DNA of 64,000 nt. It comes from Octopus vulgaris (Eukaryota). The DNA is taken from contig OX597814.1 of NCBI GenBank assembly GCA_951406725.2, positions 201,872,001-201,936,000 on the forward strand, written 5' to 3'. The position numbers and the translations under genes are program-made. Below are positions 49,777 to 64,000 of this stretch, in pieces (position 1 is the first letter of the stretch; each line of letters begins with the position of its first letter). The notes beneath the pieces are model-generated. The model ran no database searches, was not told the DNA's origin, and worked only from the letters and a program-made list of their open reading frames with translations.

Positions 49777-50751
49777 AGGGTACTAAAATTGCAAATTAGC
49801 CACCCATATTATTTATATATATCGCTGCTACTATGCAAAAGTATCGTAAGTTCAAAACTATTGACAATTTTTCATATCTTGGCATCTGAAGCAGCTGGAG
49901 ATACGATAGTTTGACAAAAAGAATCGGTTATTGTAATCAAAATAAATATTGAAAAAAAAACGCATTTGGACAAATTTGTACATACGATAGTTTAACATAA
50001 CAGCAATGAAATGAAAGATAAAACGATAAAAAATATCAAACATGTTTAACCCTTGGGATTTGGAACCAATTCCTTCTACAGTATCATCTTCGCCAAATAA
50101 TTGAAATAACCAATTTGCAATTGTATTATATTCAGTTGTTTGGTTATGAGTAAACGACTGTGGAGGTCGTTAAGTAATCTGCATTATACAATGGACAATG
50201 CGATATCACTGTCCTTATTTATATCTATTACATGCATAACATTTGATTTGTCATCCACTTGTTGCTGAGATCATTGTAAACCACCGAAGAAATATAACAC
50301 CAGCAAATCTATTCTTTACTTAATGCATGCACACGCACATACACACATGCACGCACACACACACAGATACACACACACACATGCACGCACACACACACAG
50401 ATACACATACACACATGCACGCACACACACACAGATACACACACACACATGCATGCACACACACATACACAGGCACAGGTATTACGTTAATGTTAGTTTT
50501 TATGTTCGTTTATAATAAATACAGTTTTATATCAATCTGATCGGTTACTCTATATGCTTGTAGAGTACAAATTTATCATTCTTAAACAAGAATATTACTG
50601 ACAGTGACTTCGAAGTTTCAGCCAATTAAGCTATCATTCGACCGAAATTTCAAGGTCACTGTCAATAATATACTTACCTAAGTATGATATATGTGTATAT
50701 ATATATGTATGTATGTATGTATATATATATATGTATGTATGTATTTATATA

Positions 50752-50784
<33 letters not shown>

Positions 50785-50789
50785 ATATA

Positions 50790-50853
<64 letters not shown>

Positions 50854-50955
50854 CTACTTTCCCTCTCGTGTGTGACCCTACTGTCCGAGTCAGACGCCAT
50901 GATAGATCGTTAGCCACTACACACATTTTTTTCTCTCCTTGTTTTTTCTGTGTCC

Positions 50956-50991
50956 CTTTCTGTAGAAGAGCGTAGGTTCGAAACGTAAAAG
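50956..50991 (+). ncRNA. minimal hammerhead motif, family B
   Basis: cttt CTGTAGA A GAGC gtag GTTC GAAA CGTA aaag. Confidence 0.6.
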
Positions 50992-51109
50992 ACTTTTTCT
51001 ATTCCTGAGCGTTATACTTAAACATCTGTTTGGTTTGTACACCACCTGTCTTCGTCTTTTGTTGTTTTTTTTCGTAAACTCTCCCTATATATATATATAT
51101 ATATATATA

Positions 51110-52672
51110 TACATGCATACACACACACACACAAACATGCACGGACACACCCAGACATACATACATACACCTATATACACACACCCACACACCTACATAC
51201 ACACACATATACACACGCCCACACACCTACATACACACACATACATACACACACATACACGGACACACCCATACATACTTACATACATACACCTATACAC
51301 ACACGCCTACACACCTACATACACACACATGCATACACACACACACATGTACGCACATACACACACATATACGCACATACATATATACCCACACACATGC
51401 ACACACACACACATACGCACATGCATGCATGCATGCACACGCGCACACCTACACGCATACACACACACACACGCACGTACACATACATACATACACACAC
51501 ACATACATACACCCATACACATACATGCATCCTACACACACATACATACACACTCACACATACATACACACACACACACTCACTCACACACCTGTATGTA
51601 CGCGCACACACATGCACATACACACACTTCCACACACCCACACGTACATACATACACACTCATACACATACACACACACACACACACGGACATACATCTA
51701 TGCACACACATATATACACACATACTCACATACATTCATCGGACACACTGACACCCAGACATACACACAGACACACTCACACATCCACACACACACATAC
51801 TTACGCGCATACTCGCAGGCGCGCGCACACACGCGCTTGCGCCGGTTCGCGCACGCATACGCGCCGCATGCACCTCGCTCTTGGACCCGACGAGACCTCC
51901 CGCTCGTTCCTGGGACCGTCGCTTGTCGTTGGGTTTTCCCACGCCCGTCTCCGCGGGACCACTCTTCCATCTTCCCCTCAGCTGTAGTCCTTTTTCCTTA
52001 ACCCCCCCTTTTTTTGTTACACACACGCGCACACATATACACACATTGCTTAAAAATATATACATTACTCTTACACACATTCAATCTACTCGCCATTAAT
52101 ACTACCACGACACTGGACACACACACACACACTACTACTCAACACACGCTGGCACGCTACATACGCCCCCACCCCTTCCCGTCCCTCCCTTCCTCTTTCC
52201 TTCTTTTTCTTACTACTGACCACTGTCTGCTTGCCTACCACTGTCTCGCCCTACCTCACACGCCTACACACAGACGCACACACTAACACATACATATATT
52301 TTTTGTTTTTTTATCTCGTCTCACACACACACATACACACACGCACACGCACACACTCACACATACACACACATCTGTTGCGTTACCAACCTTGTCTCCA
52401 CTCTTTGGCTTTAAAAACCTACTTTGCTCTTGTTATCGTAAACTTCCGCCTTTCACCATGTGTTACTCGTAAACACCAGTCGTTTTTTTTTCTCTATCCC
52501 TGTTGCCCGCTTTGGGATCTTTCTTTCCTCTCTCTTCCTTCTTTATGTTTCCGACGAAGAGCTCCGCTCGAAACGTCATACCTTCCTGCTTCCATTTCCT
52601 GAGCGCCTATTAATAATAATACTGTAATTGTTCCATTGTTGTTGTTTTTTTGTTCCCCGTTTGGATTAAAAT
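51110..52672 (+). mobile_element. long non-coding Penelope-like element, family A (CA-rich body, CpG-rich core, terminal hammerhead)
   Basis: Ends with the hammerhead plus TCCTGAGCG...TTGTTCCA...GTTTGGATTA, a 3' end shared with minus-strand copies at about 34095, 34575, 49535 and 63900. Confidence 0.55.
52547..52581 (+). ncRNA. minimal hammerhead motif, family A
   Basis: gttt CCGACGA A GAGC tcc GCTC GAAA CGTC atac; GUC site ends at 52577. Confidence 0.65.
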
Positions 52673-52716
<44 letters not shown>

Positions 52717-52729
52717 TATTATTCTTATA

Positions 52730-52931
52730 TTCTTGATCCAGTAATTTGACTGCAGCCATGCTGGAGCACTGCCTTAAATGTTTTTAGTCGAACACATCGA
52801 CCCCAGGACTTATTCTGTGTAAGCCTAATGCTTAATCTATCGGTCTCTTTTGCCAAATTGCTAAGTTACAGGAATGGAAACACACCAACATTGGTTACCA
52901 AGTGATGAGGGAGAGACAAACAGACACACAA
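52730..52931 (-). mobile_element. family K SINE 3' half
   Basis: tail motifs GCCATGCTGGAGCAC...GACCCCAGGACTTATTC. Confidence 0.8.
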
Positions 52932-54161
52932 ACACCTTCCGTTACCTAGGTGACCAAATCTGTAGTGGGGGCAGATGCTCTGAGAGCGTGGCTTCTAGAA
53001 TAAGAACAGGCTGGGAAAAGTTCAGAGAGCTCCTACCTCTACTGGTAAGGGCCTCTCACACAGAGGGAAAGGTAGACGGGATTGTGCATGTGTGCAAACA
53101 GCCATGTTACACGGCAGTAAAATATGGACTGTGACTGCTGAGGACATGCGTAGGCTTGAAAGATAGGAAGCTAGTATGCTCCGCTGGATGTATAATGTCA
53201 GTGTACATACAACGGCAGAGTGTAAGCACCCTGATAGAAAAGTAGGGCATAAGAAGCGTCAAATGTGGTGTGCAAAAAAGACGACTGTGCTGATATGGCT
53301 ATGTGTTACGTATGGATGAGGACAGTTGTGTGAAGAAGTGTCACACCCTACCAGTGGAAGGAACCTGTGAAAGAGGTAGACCCAGGAAGACATGGGATGA
53401 GCTGGTGAAGCATGGACTTTGAACGTTGAGCCTCACAGAGGCAATGACAAGAGACCAAGACCTTTGGAGATATGTTGTGACTGATAAGACCTGGCAAATA
53501 AAGTGAGATCACATCCATGGCCGATGACCGATACCAGTGTAGTATGACCACCCATTTAAAGGTACCCTTGAAATATCAGGTACCCTTGAATTGTCAAGCG
53601 ATATGATGTGCTTGAAAAGGTTAGCTGAGTCAAGTGACTGAGACCTTTGGAGATATGCTGTGCTTGAGAAGACCCGGAAAACCAAGTTAGACCGTAACTA
53701 TGACCTATGATAGTGTCACATAATTGGCCATTTAAGAGGACCCTTCAATCATTGGGCAATAAATTGCGCTTGCAAAGACCTGTTGAGGCAAGTGAAGTTG
53801 TTATTGTGGCCAATGACAATACTACCTGATTGGCATTCATGTCAGTGTTACGTAATAAGCACCATTTGAATGTGGTCGTTGCCAGTACCATCTGACTGGC
53901 AGCCATGCTGGTGGCATGTAAAAAGCACCATTTACGTGTGGCCGATGCCAAAACGACCTGACTGGCCCTCGTGTCAGTGGCATGTAAAAAGCATCCACTA
54001 CGCTCTCGGAGTGGTTGGCATTAGGAAGGGCATCCAGCTGTAGAAACATTGCCAGATTGGATTGGAGCTTGGTGCAGCCTTCTGGCTCCCCAGCCCCCAG
54101 TCAAACCATCCAACCCATGCCAGGATGGAAAGTGGATGTTAAACGACGACGATGATGATGA
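52932..54161 (+). mobile_element. 5'-truncated RTE-clade LINE (family R reference copy)
   Basis: FRYLGDQI...RIRTGWEKFRELLPLL...SMLRWM...YGYVLRMDEDSCVKKC...VEGTCERGRPRKTWDELVKH; 3' UTR tandem units; (GAT)n tail. Confidence 0.92.
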
Positions 54162-54684
54162 TATACATATATACATTACATACATGTATATTGTCATCAA
54201 GTTCAACTGTCCCAGAAAAGCCCCCTTTAACAGCTGCTTATCATGACAACTGACCATGAAAATACAATACAATTTCACCTGTCTAAGAAAAGATCCTTTT
54301 CTCTCTTTCTTTCTTTTTCTTTCTGTTCCCTTTCTTTCTTTCTTTGTGTTCTTTTTTCTGTCTTCCTACCTTTCTTTCCTTTTTCCTTACTCTAACCAAG
54401 CCTCAAAAAATTCACCACATGCATATTTACACACATACATATACAGATATATACACACATGTATAGATTCAATATAGCAAAAGAACATTCTCTTCCCCAT
54501 TCAACTCCAGATTTTTTTTAACTCACCCATATATATATATATATATATATATAAAAGGTATGAATTTTCTGCAAAAATATTATTTCTCATGAATTTCTGA
54601 AATGAGATGAAAGCAACGAATAAATAATTATTCAAAATTCTGATGACCTCTTTTTAATACCTATCTATTTATCTTGTCTGTCTG

Positions 54685-54763
<79 letters not shown>

Positions 54764-54876
54764 GTCTATCTGTCTGTCTGTCTGCCTGCCTGTCTATATG
54801 TGTGTGTGAGCATATATATACATATATATATGCATATATATATGCATATATACATACATATATATACATATATATT

Positions 54877-54924
<48 letters not shown>

Positions 54925-55121
54925 CATCATCATCATCATCATCATCATTTAACGTCCGTTTTCCATGCTAGCATGGGTTGGACGGTTCAACCCATAAATA
55001 CATAATAACATGCATAATATAAATATGTATGTACATGTGAGTGTGTGTGTGTGTGTTTGTGTAAACATATATATCCTTTGTGTTCTGTTTTTGATTTCAT
55101 TTGAATCACACACACACACAC

Positions 55122-55161
<40 letters not shown>

Positions 55162-55252
55162 CACTTAACAGTATATCTTGAAACTATAAATAATCTCTTG
55201 TAATACATTAGATTAAAAACATACATGTGCGTTTGCATGTATGACTAAATAC

Positions 55253-55290
<38 letters not shown>

Positions 55291-55350
55291 CATGTGTGTA
55301 TATACATTAGTATATTGCTCTCTTTCTCTTCTCTCAATATATGTATGTGC

Positions 55351-55389
<39 letters not shown>

Positions 55390-56329
55390 TGCATACATAC
55401 ACACATACACACTCGTGCGCACATACATACACACACATACACATGCACATGTGCATTTTTAAGCTGTAATATGAGTAATGGACCATGCTTTGGAAATAAG
55501 TGGGGGACTGATACAATAAAACACTGAAATTACAGAGTGAATTGGTAAATTATAAGAAATTATAAGACAGATCATGGAAATAAAATTGATATAAAAGAAA
55601 CAAAAGGAAAAGCAGAGAGAAAGAGAGATAAAGAGAGAGAGAGCAAGGGAGAAGGAGAGGGAGCGAAAGAGAAAGTGAAAGTAGGAGCAAGGGGGAGAGA
55701 TAGGTAAAGAGAGGGTAAAAGAAAAAGTGGTTGGTCTTTTAAATGATTAGACATACAAGCAGACGATTACCTCTTCGTGAAAATATCCACTTGACATTTC
55801 AGACAAGCGAAAACATTAAGAATTTATCTGATGTTTAAATACAGATATATGGAAAGAGAGAGAGAGAGAGAGAGAGGATAGAGTGAGGATAGAGAGGAGA
55901 GGGAGGAGAGAGAGACTGAATGTTGGCATTATTGAGAAAAATGTTTTATGTATGTTTAAGTGAGAGCTCTTCTTCCTTGTGTTCACATTGTTACTGCTTT
56001 TATATGGGTTTTGTATTCATAAAGATAATATTAACGGTTGTTGTTGTTGTTGATGCGGTTGTTGCTGTTGTTGTTGTTGTTGTTTTTATTGTTGTTGTTA
56101 ATAATAAGAAGCAAAGAAGGAGGAGCGGGTGGAGAATGAGGAGAAGGAGGAGAAGAGGGGACAAAGGAGGATGAGGAGGAAGAAAGAAGAGATGAAGAAG
56201 AAGGAGAAGAAGAAGAAGAAGAAGAAGAAGAAGAAGAAGAAGAAGAAGAAGAAGAAGAAGAAGAAGAAGAAGAAGAAGGAGACGAAGAAGGAAGAGGAGG
56301 AGAACAAAGAAGAGGAGGAGTATATTGTT

Positions 56330-57173
<844 letters not shown>

Positions 57174-57514
57174 CACCATTTCCCAGACAATTTGTTTTTG
57201 GTTCTATTGTTTTCTTTGTGTGTTTGTGTGTGTTGTTTTTGCATTCCATTTAATGACCTCCAACTTTACAACTCAAGTTTTTATAATTCTGAAATGAAGC
57301 GTCTTCACAGAGTTTTTAAACTGTTTTTCATAAATTCTTCCTCTCAAGAAGTAATTCGGTCGTTTTTATTTTGTTTCGTTGCTTTTGTTTCTCTTTTAAA
57401 CAATGTCTGTTTTGACTGGTGATCATCTCAAGTCATCCCCCATGTGATAATACATAAATACCCGCCACACACACACATGCACACACATGCATACACACAC
57501 ACATATATTTATGC

Positions 57515-57548
<34 letters not shown>

Positions 57549-57657
57549 ATGTATTTATGCATATATACATATATATGTGTGTGTATATTAATATATATAT
57601 ATATACATTTATATATATACACATTTATATATCTATACATATACATATATATATGTA

Positions 57658-57707
<50 letters not shown>

Positions 57708-57996
57708 TGTACATGTATAATGAGAGATGAAGAAGAAGAAGAAAGTAGAAGAGAAAGAAAGAGAAGAAGAGAAACGAGAAGAAGAATATTTGAATATATA
57801 CATATGTATGTACATATGTATGTATCAAATACCATATAATATATATGCATACATACATACATACATATAAAGATATATATATATATATATAACGTTTATT
57901 GTGTTTGGTCTCCAAGACTCTTGATGTGATCCCATGTGTTGAAACTTATTTCGCTGTATGTTGGAAAAGTCAATATGGTGGTGGTGGTGGTGATGG

Positions 57997-58088
<92 letters not shown>

Positions 58089-58389
58089 GCAGCGATGTGA
58101 TAATGATGATGATGATTGACAATGATGATGATGACGACCTAGACAACGACGATGACGACAACAATGATGATGATGAGATTCCCGTGGCCAAAACACAAAA
58201 ACAGCAGCTTGCAATGATTTAGTTCCACATGGAATATTTTCCAAATTTGTTTCTAAAATTGGCTGTAATTAAAATTCTATTGATATCTAAAAACTATATG
58301 AAGAGAATTTAACTGATACTTTTAATTGATCAACCTTCAAAAAACAGAAGATAAATTTTATCTTCATCTTCTATATCTTAAATCATCTT

Positions 58390-58595
58390 AAGATGGCAAA
58401 CTGGCAGAATCATTAGCGTGCTGAGCAAAATGCTTAGTGGCATTTAATGTATTTTTGTTCTGAGTTCAAATTCCACCCAGGTTGACTTTGCCTTTCATCC
58501 TTTCCGGGTCAATAAAATAAGTACCAGCTGTACACTTGGGTCGATGTAATTGACTTACCCCCACCACTGATATTGCTGGCCTTGTACCAGAATTT
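58390..58595 (+). mobile_element. family S SINE
   Basis: head and core motifs. Confidence 0.85.
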
Positions 58596-58924
58596 GGTTT
58601 ACCAGAAGGTGGTTTACTGCCTTCACTATTATTTGACTGGTTTGATATTTTATGGAGGGAAAATAAATGTGACTTAAGTGAAATTTGAACTCAGCACCTA
58701 AAGCTCCCTATGTCTTTTATTTTGATGATGGCTGAGTGTTGGGGACCTCAGAAATAACCACCACACCTTGCCATGTATGCTGCAATCTCTTGCAGCAGTC
58801 ATTCTAGTACAATTTTTATATTCTACGTGGCATGTTACGGAGTAAATAAAGGACCCCAAAAGACTGACATAACCCACCATGTTCTGATGCTGTTGTTGTT
58901 GTTGGCATCCTTTTGTCACAGGAG

Positions 58925-59245
58925 ACAATGGAGTTGTGCATAAACTAATCCAGTCTGGCTTTTACATTTCATGTCCTCTCCAGTTTTGCGCAGGATGTAA
59001 GAAAATCCTGAGTAGCCCAATTGTCAGAATTCCTCTCTCAACCTTGCTGATGTAGTCCAAAGGAGTGCAGAGCATTACGTTTGGCACCAGCTTGGTTGCA
59101 GGAGCTGCTGGAAGAGTGTCGAGTCAAACACTAAACCACCTATGGGGCTCCACTCCTGATTTCTTTGAAGGTTGTCTCCTTTCCGTAACCCTGGATAGGG
59201 GCCCATACTGGGTACTGTCAGCCAGAACCAACTGAGCCCAGGACT
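58925..59245 (-). mobile_element. possible 5' UTR remnant of an RTE/BovB-like LINE
   Basis: CCTTGCTGATGTAGTCCAAAGG...GTTTGGCACCAGC resembles RTE 5' UTRs as I recall them; unverified. Confidence 0.35.
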
Positions 59246-59394
59246 CATGTCAGGCAGGGTCGTCACTCCCTGAAGTAGTGAAGTAGTAAAGGTAGTGAAA
59301 AAAAATCTCTACCCACTACCCATGTCAGGCAGGGTCGTCACTCCCTGAAGTAGTGAAGTAGTAAAGGTAGTGAAGAAAATCGCTACCCACTACC
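59246..59394. repeat. ~75-bp tandem duplication
   Basis: CATGTCAGGCAGGGTCGTCACTCCCTGAAGTAGTGAAGTAGTAAAGGTAGTGAA at 59246 and 59321. Confidence 0.92.
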
Positions 59395-59974
59395 TAATGT
59401 TCTGATGTAGTGTTTATATATTAGAGTTGCTGTTTCTATGTGTTTGCCAAATGAGATTCTAATGAAATCTCTTTGGCTATTTATGATTTGTTCGACTAAA
59501 CGCGGTGCCCCTGCATGGCCGCAGTCGAATGACTGAAACAAGTAAAAGAATTAAAAGAATATGTTGACAAAAGGCTTGCAATTCCCATATATGGAGATAA
59601 AAATGTGGTTTTTACTTTTGTCGTTATTTGCGACCTCTTCAATGACATGCACTCTCTCTTCAAGGTCTGCCCTGAGTCGTATGTCTGTGTATTTGCATGC
59701 ATTTATGTGCATATGCAGATGTTTGTTTGCTTAAAGAGAGAAGCTGCAACAATTAGCCGAGAAATAATTAACTCAGTTTTTTTTTAAGTACGCTCTCAAT
59801 TACAAGGGTGTTTAATTGTACATAATTATGTACGTTATTGTCTGTATATGTTTAGCATCCATTTATTATTTTTAAAAAGTTTCATTGTAATTAGAACTAC
59901 TTAATTTTCAGACGACAAACTGACACAGTTTCGCACCAGCCAACAACATTGGATTGTGTACACATCTGTAATCT

Positions 59975-60477
59975 GTACGCACTGGGGTCGATATAATCAA
60001 CTTAATCCATTTGTCTGCCGCTATGTTCTGAGTTCAAATTCTGTCTGTCATTTGTCTGTCCTTGTTTGTCCTCTCTGTGTTTGGCCTCTTGTGTGTAGCA
60101 AAGAAATAGGTATTTCGTCTGCCACTACGTTCTGAGTTCAAATTCTGCCGAGGTCGACTTTGCCTTTCATCCTTTTGGGGTCGATTAAATAAGTACCAGT
60201 TACGCACTGGGGTCGATATAATTGACTTAATCCATTTGTCTGTCCATGTTTGTCCTCTCTGTGTTTTACCCCTTGTGGGTAGTAAAGAAATATTTTTGTA
60301 GTAAAGAAATATTTTGACTGCCACAATGTTCTGAGTTCAAATTCCACTGTGGTTGACTCTGCCTTTCATCCTTTCGGGGTCAATTAAATAAGTACCAGTT
60401 ACACACTGGGGTCAGTGTAATCGACTTAATCCATTTTTCTTGTCTGTGTTTAGCCCCTTGTGGGCAGTAAAGAAATA
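59975..60477 (+). mobile_element. headless family S SINE multimer
   Basis: repeated core and tail units flanked by TGTAATCTGTA on both sides. Confidence 0.8.
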
Positions 60478-61051
60478 TGTAATCTGTATGTGTTTATGTC
60501 TTCTGATTTTTTACTGTTTTCTACTGCTTTCAATGAGTTAAATGATTGTTAAAGAGATTGTAGCAGATTGTCTCTTTTACAACAGAAGCTCAAACATTTC
60601 TATCTAGATTATGACATTATTTTTAGCCAACAATATCATATTTAGTAATATAATAACTGCAAGTGTTAAACTGCCCAAGGCGATGGGTGCATAATTTTTT
60701 ATAGCATTTATTACAGCCAATAATATCTCATGGTGGCAGCAATTAATTATCGATTAGCTTCAAAGATCTACTTTTGTTTTATATTTTTCTGCCAAAATGC
60801 AGATAGAACATTCTGGGACATTTCGTAATTTTTCTTATGAGTAATTTTCAATTCAAATCTCCACCAGATTTCATCCTAGTGTAGTTGGATGTTTTATCCT
60901 CTCTGCCAAGCAGTTAACAGATGACTCTTTCATCTCGCTCTTACAGAGGCATTTTCGGTCATTTTATTTAGCTTCCTCCCATACACATTATAGAAGAGAA
61001 CAAATACATAATTACTCAACAGCAATAACACATGAACGTGTGTGTGTATGA

Positions 61052-61645
61052 TCCTCATCATCATCATCGTTTAATGTCTGCTTTCCATGCTGGCATGGGT
61101 TGGACGGTTTGACTGGGGTCTAGGAAGCCAGGAGGCTGCACCAGGCTCCAGTCCAATTTGGCAATGTTTCTACAGCTGGACGCCTTTCCTCATGCCAACC
61201 ACTCCAAGTGTGTAATGGGTGCTTTTTACATGCCACCGGCACAGGGGCCAGAGGGGGCTGGTAACGACCACGATTAGTTGGTGTTTTTTACATACCACTG
61301 GCACGGAAGCCAGTCAATGTGGCGCTGGCATCAGCCACGTTTGGATGGTGCTTTTTATGTACCACTGGCACGGGGATAACAGCTACAATTTCTATTTGAT
61401 TTTCATTTTGATGTACTTGACTCAATAGGTCGCCTCAAGCACAGCATGTCGCCCTATTATCCAAGGTACTTTTGATCGGGCCAGGGCTGGTTATGCGACA
61501 CTGGTGTAGGTTTCAGCTATGAACTCACTTTATTTGCCAAGTCTTTGCAGTCACAGCATATCTCCAGATGTCTCGGTCATTCGTCCTTGCCTCTGTGAGG
61601 CCCAACGTTCGAAGGTCAAGCTTCACCACCTCATCCCATGTCTTC
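61052..61645 (-). mobile_element. family R RTE 3' fragment
   Basis: KTWDEVVKLDLRTLGLTEARTNDRDIWRYAV on the minus strand plus UTR and tail. Confidence 0.88.
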
Positions 61646-61689
61646 TTGTGTGTGCAGTACAGCAAATATATAATTACTCAACAGAGTGG

Positions 61690-62013
61690 TTCGGACACCT
61701 GACTAAGTGGTTAGGACATCTAGCTCAAGATTGAAAGGTCATGAGTTCAATACCTAATGGCACACTGTATCCTCGAGCAAGGCACTTTATTTCACATTGC
61801 TCCAGTCCACTCCACTGGCAAAAACGAGCTGTGCTTGTATCCCAAAGGGCCATATTTGTCATGTACTGTATCATGCTGAATCTCCCTGAGAACTACATTA
61901 AGGGTACACATGTCTGTGGAGTGCTCAACCACCTGCATGTTAACATCATGAGCAAGCCCTTCTGTTGATTGGATCAGCTGGAACCCTTACTGTCGTAACC
62001 GACGGTGTGCCAG
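61690..62013 (+). mobile_element. family O SINE (diverged)
   Basis: AAGTGGTTAGGAC...GAGTTCAATACC head; body shared with 21417-21727. Confidence 0.75.
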
Positions 62014-63018
62014 TGAGTGTGTGCATGTGTGTATAAATAACAGGTCCTTCTTAAAGTCATTCACATTATACTTTTCTCTAGCTCATTTGTTTGAACAGCT
62101 TTCTGAAAATGAAAGTAACTAGAATGAATATGTTGAAAGTACCATTGTGTCATCACATTCACACTTCAACGACTTCTCAATACTTCATCACCACTTCTGG
62201 TGACAACCAGACATTCTTATCTCTCCAAGATTTCATCATCATCGTTTAACGTCCGTTGTCTATGCTGGCATGGGTTGGAAGGTTTGACTGGGGCTGGTAC
62301 AAAGGGGATACACAAAGTAGGACTGAGGGAAGGGGGATACTTAGGGCAAGAAGAAGGAGGCACACATTATAGTACAGAGTGAAGGAGATACTTATTGTAG
62401 GGCTGAGAGAAAGGCGATGTATACAGTAGCACTGAGAAAAGGAGATGCATATTATAGGGCTGGCAGAAGTGGGGTACTCGTTGTAAGACTGGCCATGCAT
62501 GATCAATATATTGGCACTGGCTGTGTATATAATATTACATTGAAATAAATAAGGAGTAGATATAATGACTATCAAAACCCATCTACGACTTAATTGTTTC
62601 GATTTCAACTCAAGACCTCAGATCACTTACAAAGAATATAGCAACACCAACATTTATAAGACTTGTTATTTATGTCAGTTTTAGTCTTCATCGGAATAAA
62701 CCAAAGGTGATACTGGAATTGTCTATCGTATTTTGAGATATATCCACTATTGTCTAAACTTTACTATAAGACATACATAGATTGCTTGATATAATAACGT
62801 TTCTTAATTCACAATATTAATTAGATTTTCATTTATATTAATCGTTATTAGAGACAGCTATGTCTCTAGTAGTTTGAGATAACAATGTCGCTACGATGCT
62901 GCTTTATCAATATTGTCCACTTCGATATTAATGTCGATTTAATTTGAACAATATCTTGAAAGAGATAACAGCTTTTTTTATCGAATGCATTTTTCAAGTT
63001 CTGAAATATTCATGGTGT

Positions 63019-63053
<35 letters not shown>

Positions 63054-63084
63054 CGTATGTGTATACATACTTACACACACACTC

Positions 63085-63178
<94 letters not shown>

Positions 63179-64000
63179 ACATACATATATATATACATAT
63201 ATATATATACATACATATATATATATATACATATATATCATGTGTGTATGTGTTTTCTATGTACAAGGTAATATATCTGCATTAATAAGAAATATATTAT
63301 CAAAAGCTGAGAAAGAAATATTAATTGTAATATAGTTGTGTAGAGTCTATGTAAAGTGGTGTGTGTGTATGTGTGTGTGTGTGTGTGTGTATGTGTGTGT
63401 GTGTGTGTGTATGTGTTCGCGTGTATCCAAGTTGATGTGACAGATTAATGCTGAGAGTTCACAAACTGATAGGAATCTCATTTCCACACTGTTACAGTGT
63501 CAAAAAGTCTTTGGAGCATTGGAGATATATTAGGTCAAACTTATCCTTAATTGAAAAATAAATATCGCGCGCGCGCCTGTGTGTGTGTGTATGTGTGTGT
63601 GTGTGTGTGTGTGTAAAAAGTTTTGAATGGTTAATTAAGATTTATTTTAAAGCAAATTTAAAAATAACGAAGTCGAATGATCTAATGGACAAAACTTCAA
63701 ATTCTAGTTAATTTCAGCTTTACAGAAACGTCAGCTTACGACATTATTTTTCTAAAGATTTCCTGAAGTAGGGCTCCTAACTTTAAAATAGATATTGAAA
63801 TACAAAGTAAAAATACAAACCATTGACTTGTATTATTTTGTATAAGTTGCATGGTTTTGACTTTGTAGAAAAGCATTAAACACACACATACACATATTAA
63901 GTAATAAAAAAGGACGGAGAAAAAAGGACAAGAAAAAACAATAACGTGAGGACATGGTACATGCAAAGTGTTAATAAGACGCTTAGGGAGGGAAAGAAAG

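Larger units (their letters stand above)
48510..50010 (+). repeat. fragments of an unclassified AT-rich repeat (48510-48760, 49280-49435, 49780-50010; inverted copy at 35014-35172)
   Basis: shared TCTTGGCATCTGAAGCAGCTGGAGA.ACGATAGTTTGAC and ACTAAAATTGCAAATTAGCCACCCATATT. Confidence 0.75.

Noticed and set aside
51035-52001. His/Thr-rich ORFs of 190-238 aa
   Set aside because: Cryptic (CA)n sequence open in several frames; no domain features.

Overview
This is AT-rich, very repeat-dense eukaryotic DNA, most likely intronic or intergenic. The repeat families look like those of an octopod cephalopod (Octopus sp.); this is an inference from recalled repeats, not a database result. I find no intact host protein-coding gene, and almost all listed ORFs are microsatellite or minisatellite artefacts. 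The window holds three tRNA-derived SINE families, many 3'-anchored RTE-clade LINE fragments with tandem-repeat 3' UTRs and (GAT)n tails, and several restriction-like-endonuclease (R4/Dong-type) LINE ends lodged in (TTA)n tracts. DNA transposons include a full-length Hsmar1-like mariner nested in a SINE, a ~3.1-kb hATm-like element, Tc1/mariner remnants, nested MITEs and a Helentron-type HINE. The most notable hidden signal is about 14 type-I hammerhead ribozyme motifs from roughly 9 unrelated sequence families. They sit in non-coding Penelope-like/retrozyme-like repeats and include near-canonical copies (37820-37891; an inverted pair at 43513-43606 and 44087-44180), family-wide core variants, and one copy downstream of a tRNA-like Pol III head. 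A possible Asp-rich minus-strand exon lies at 4204-5021. All coordinates and folds were read by eye.
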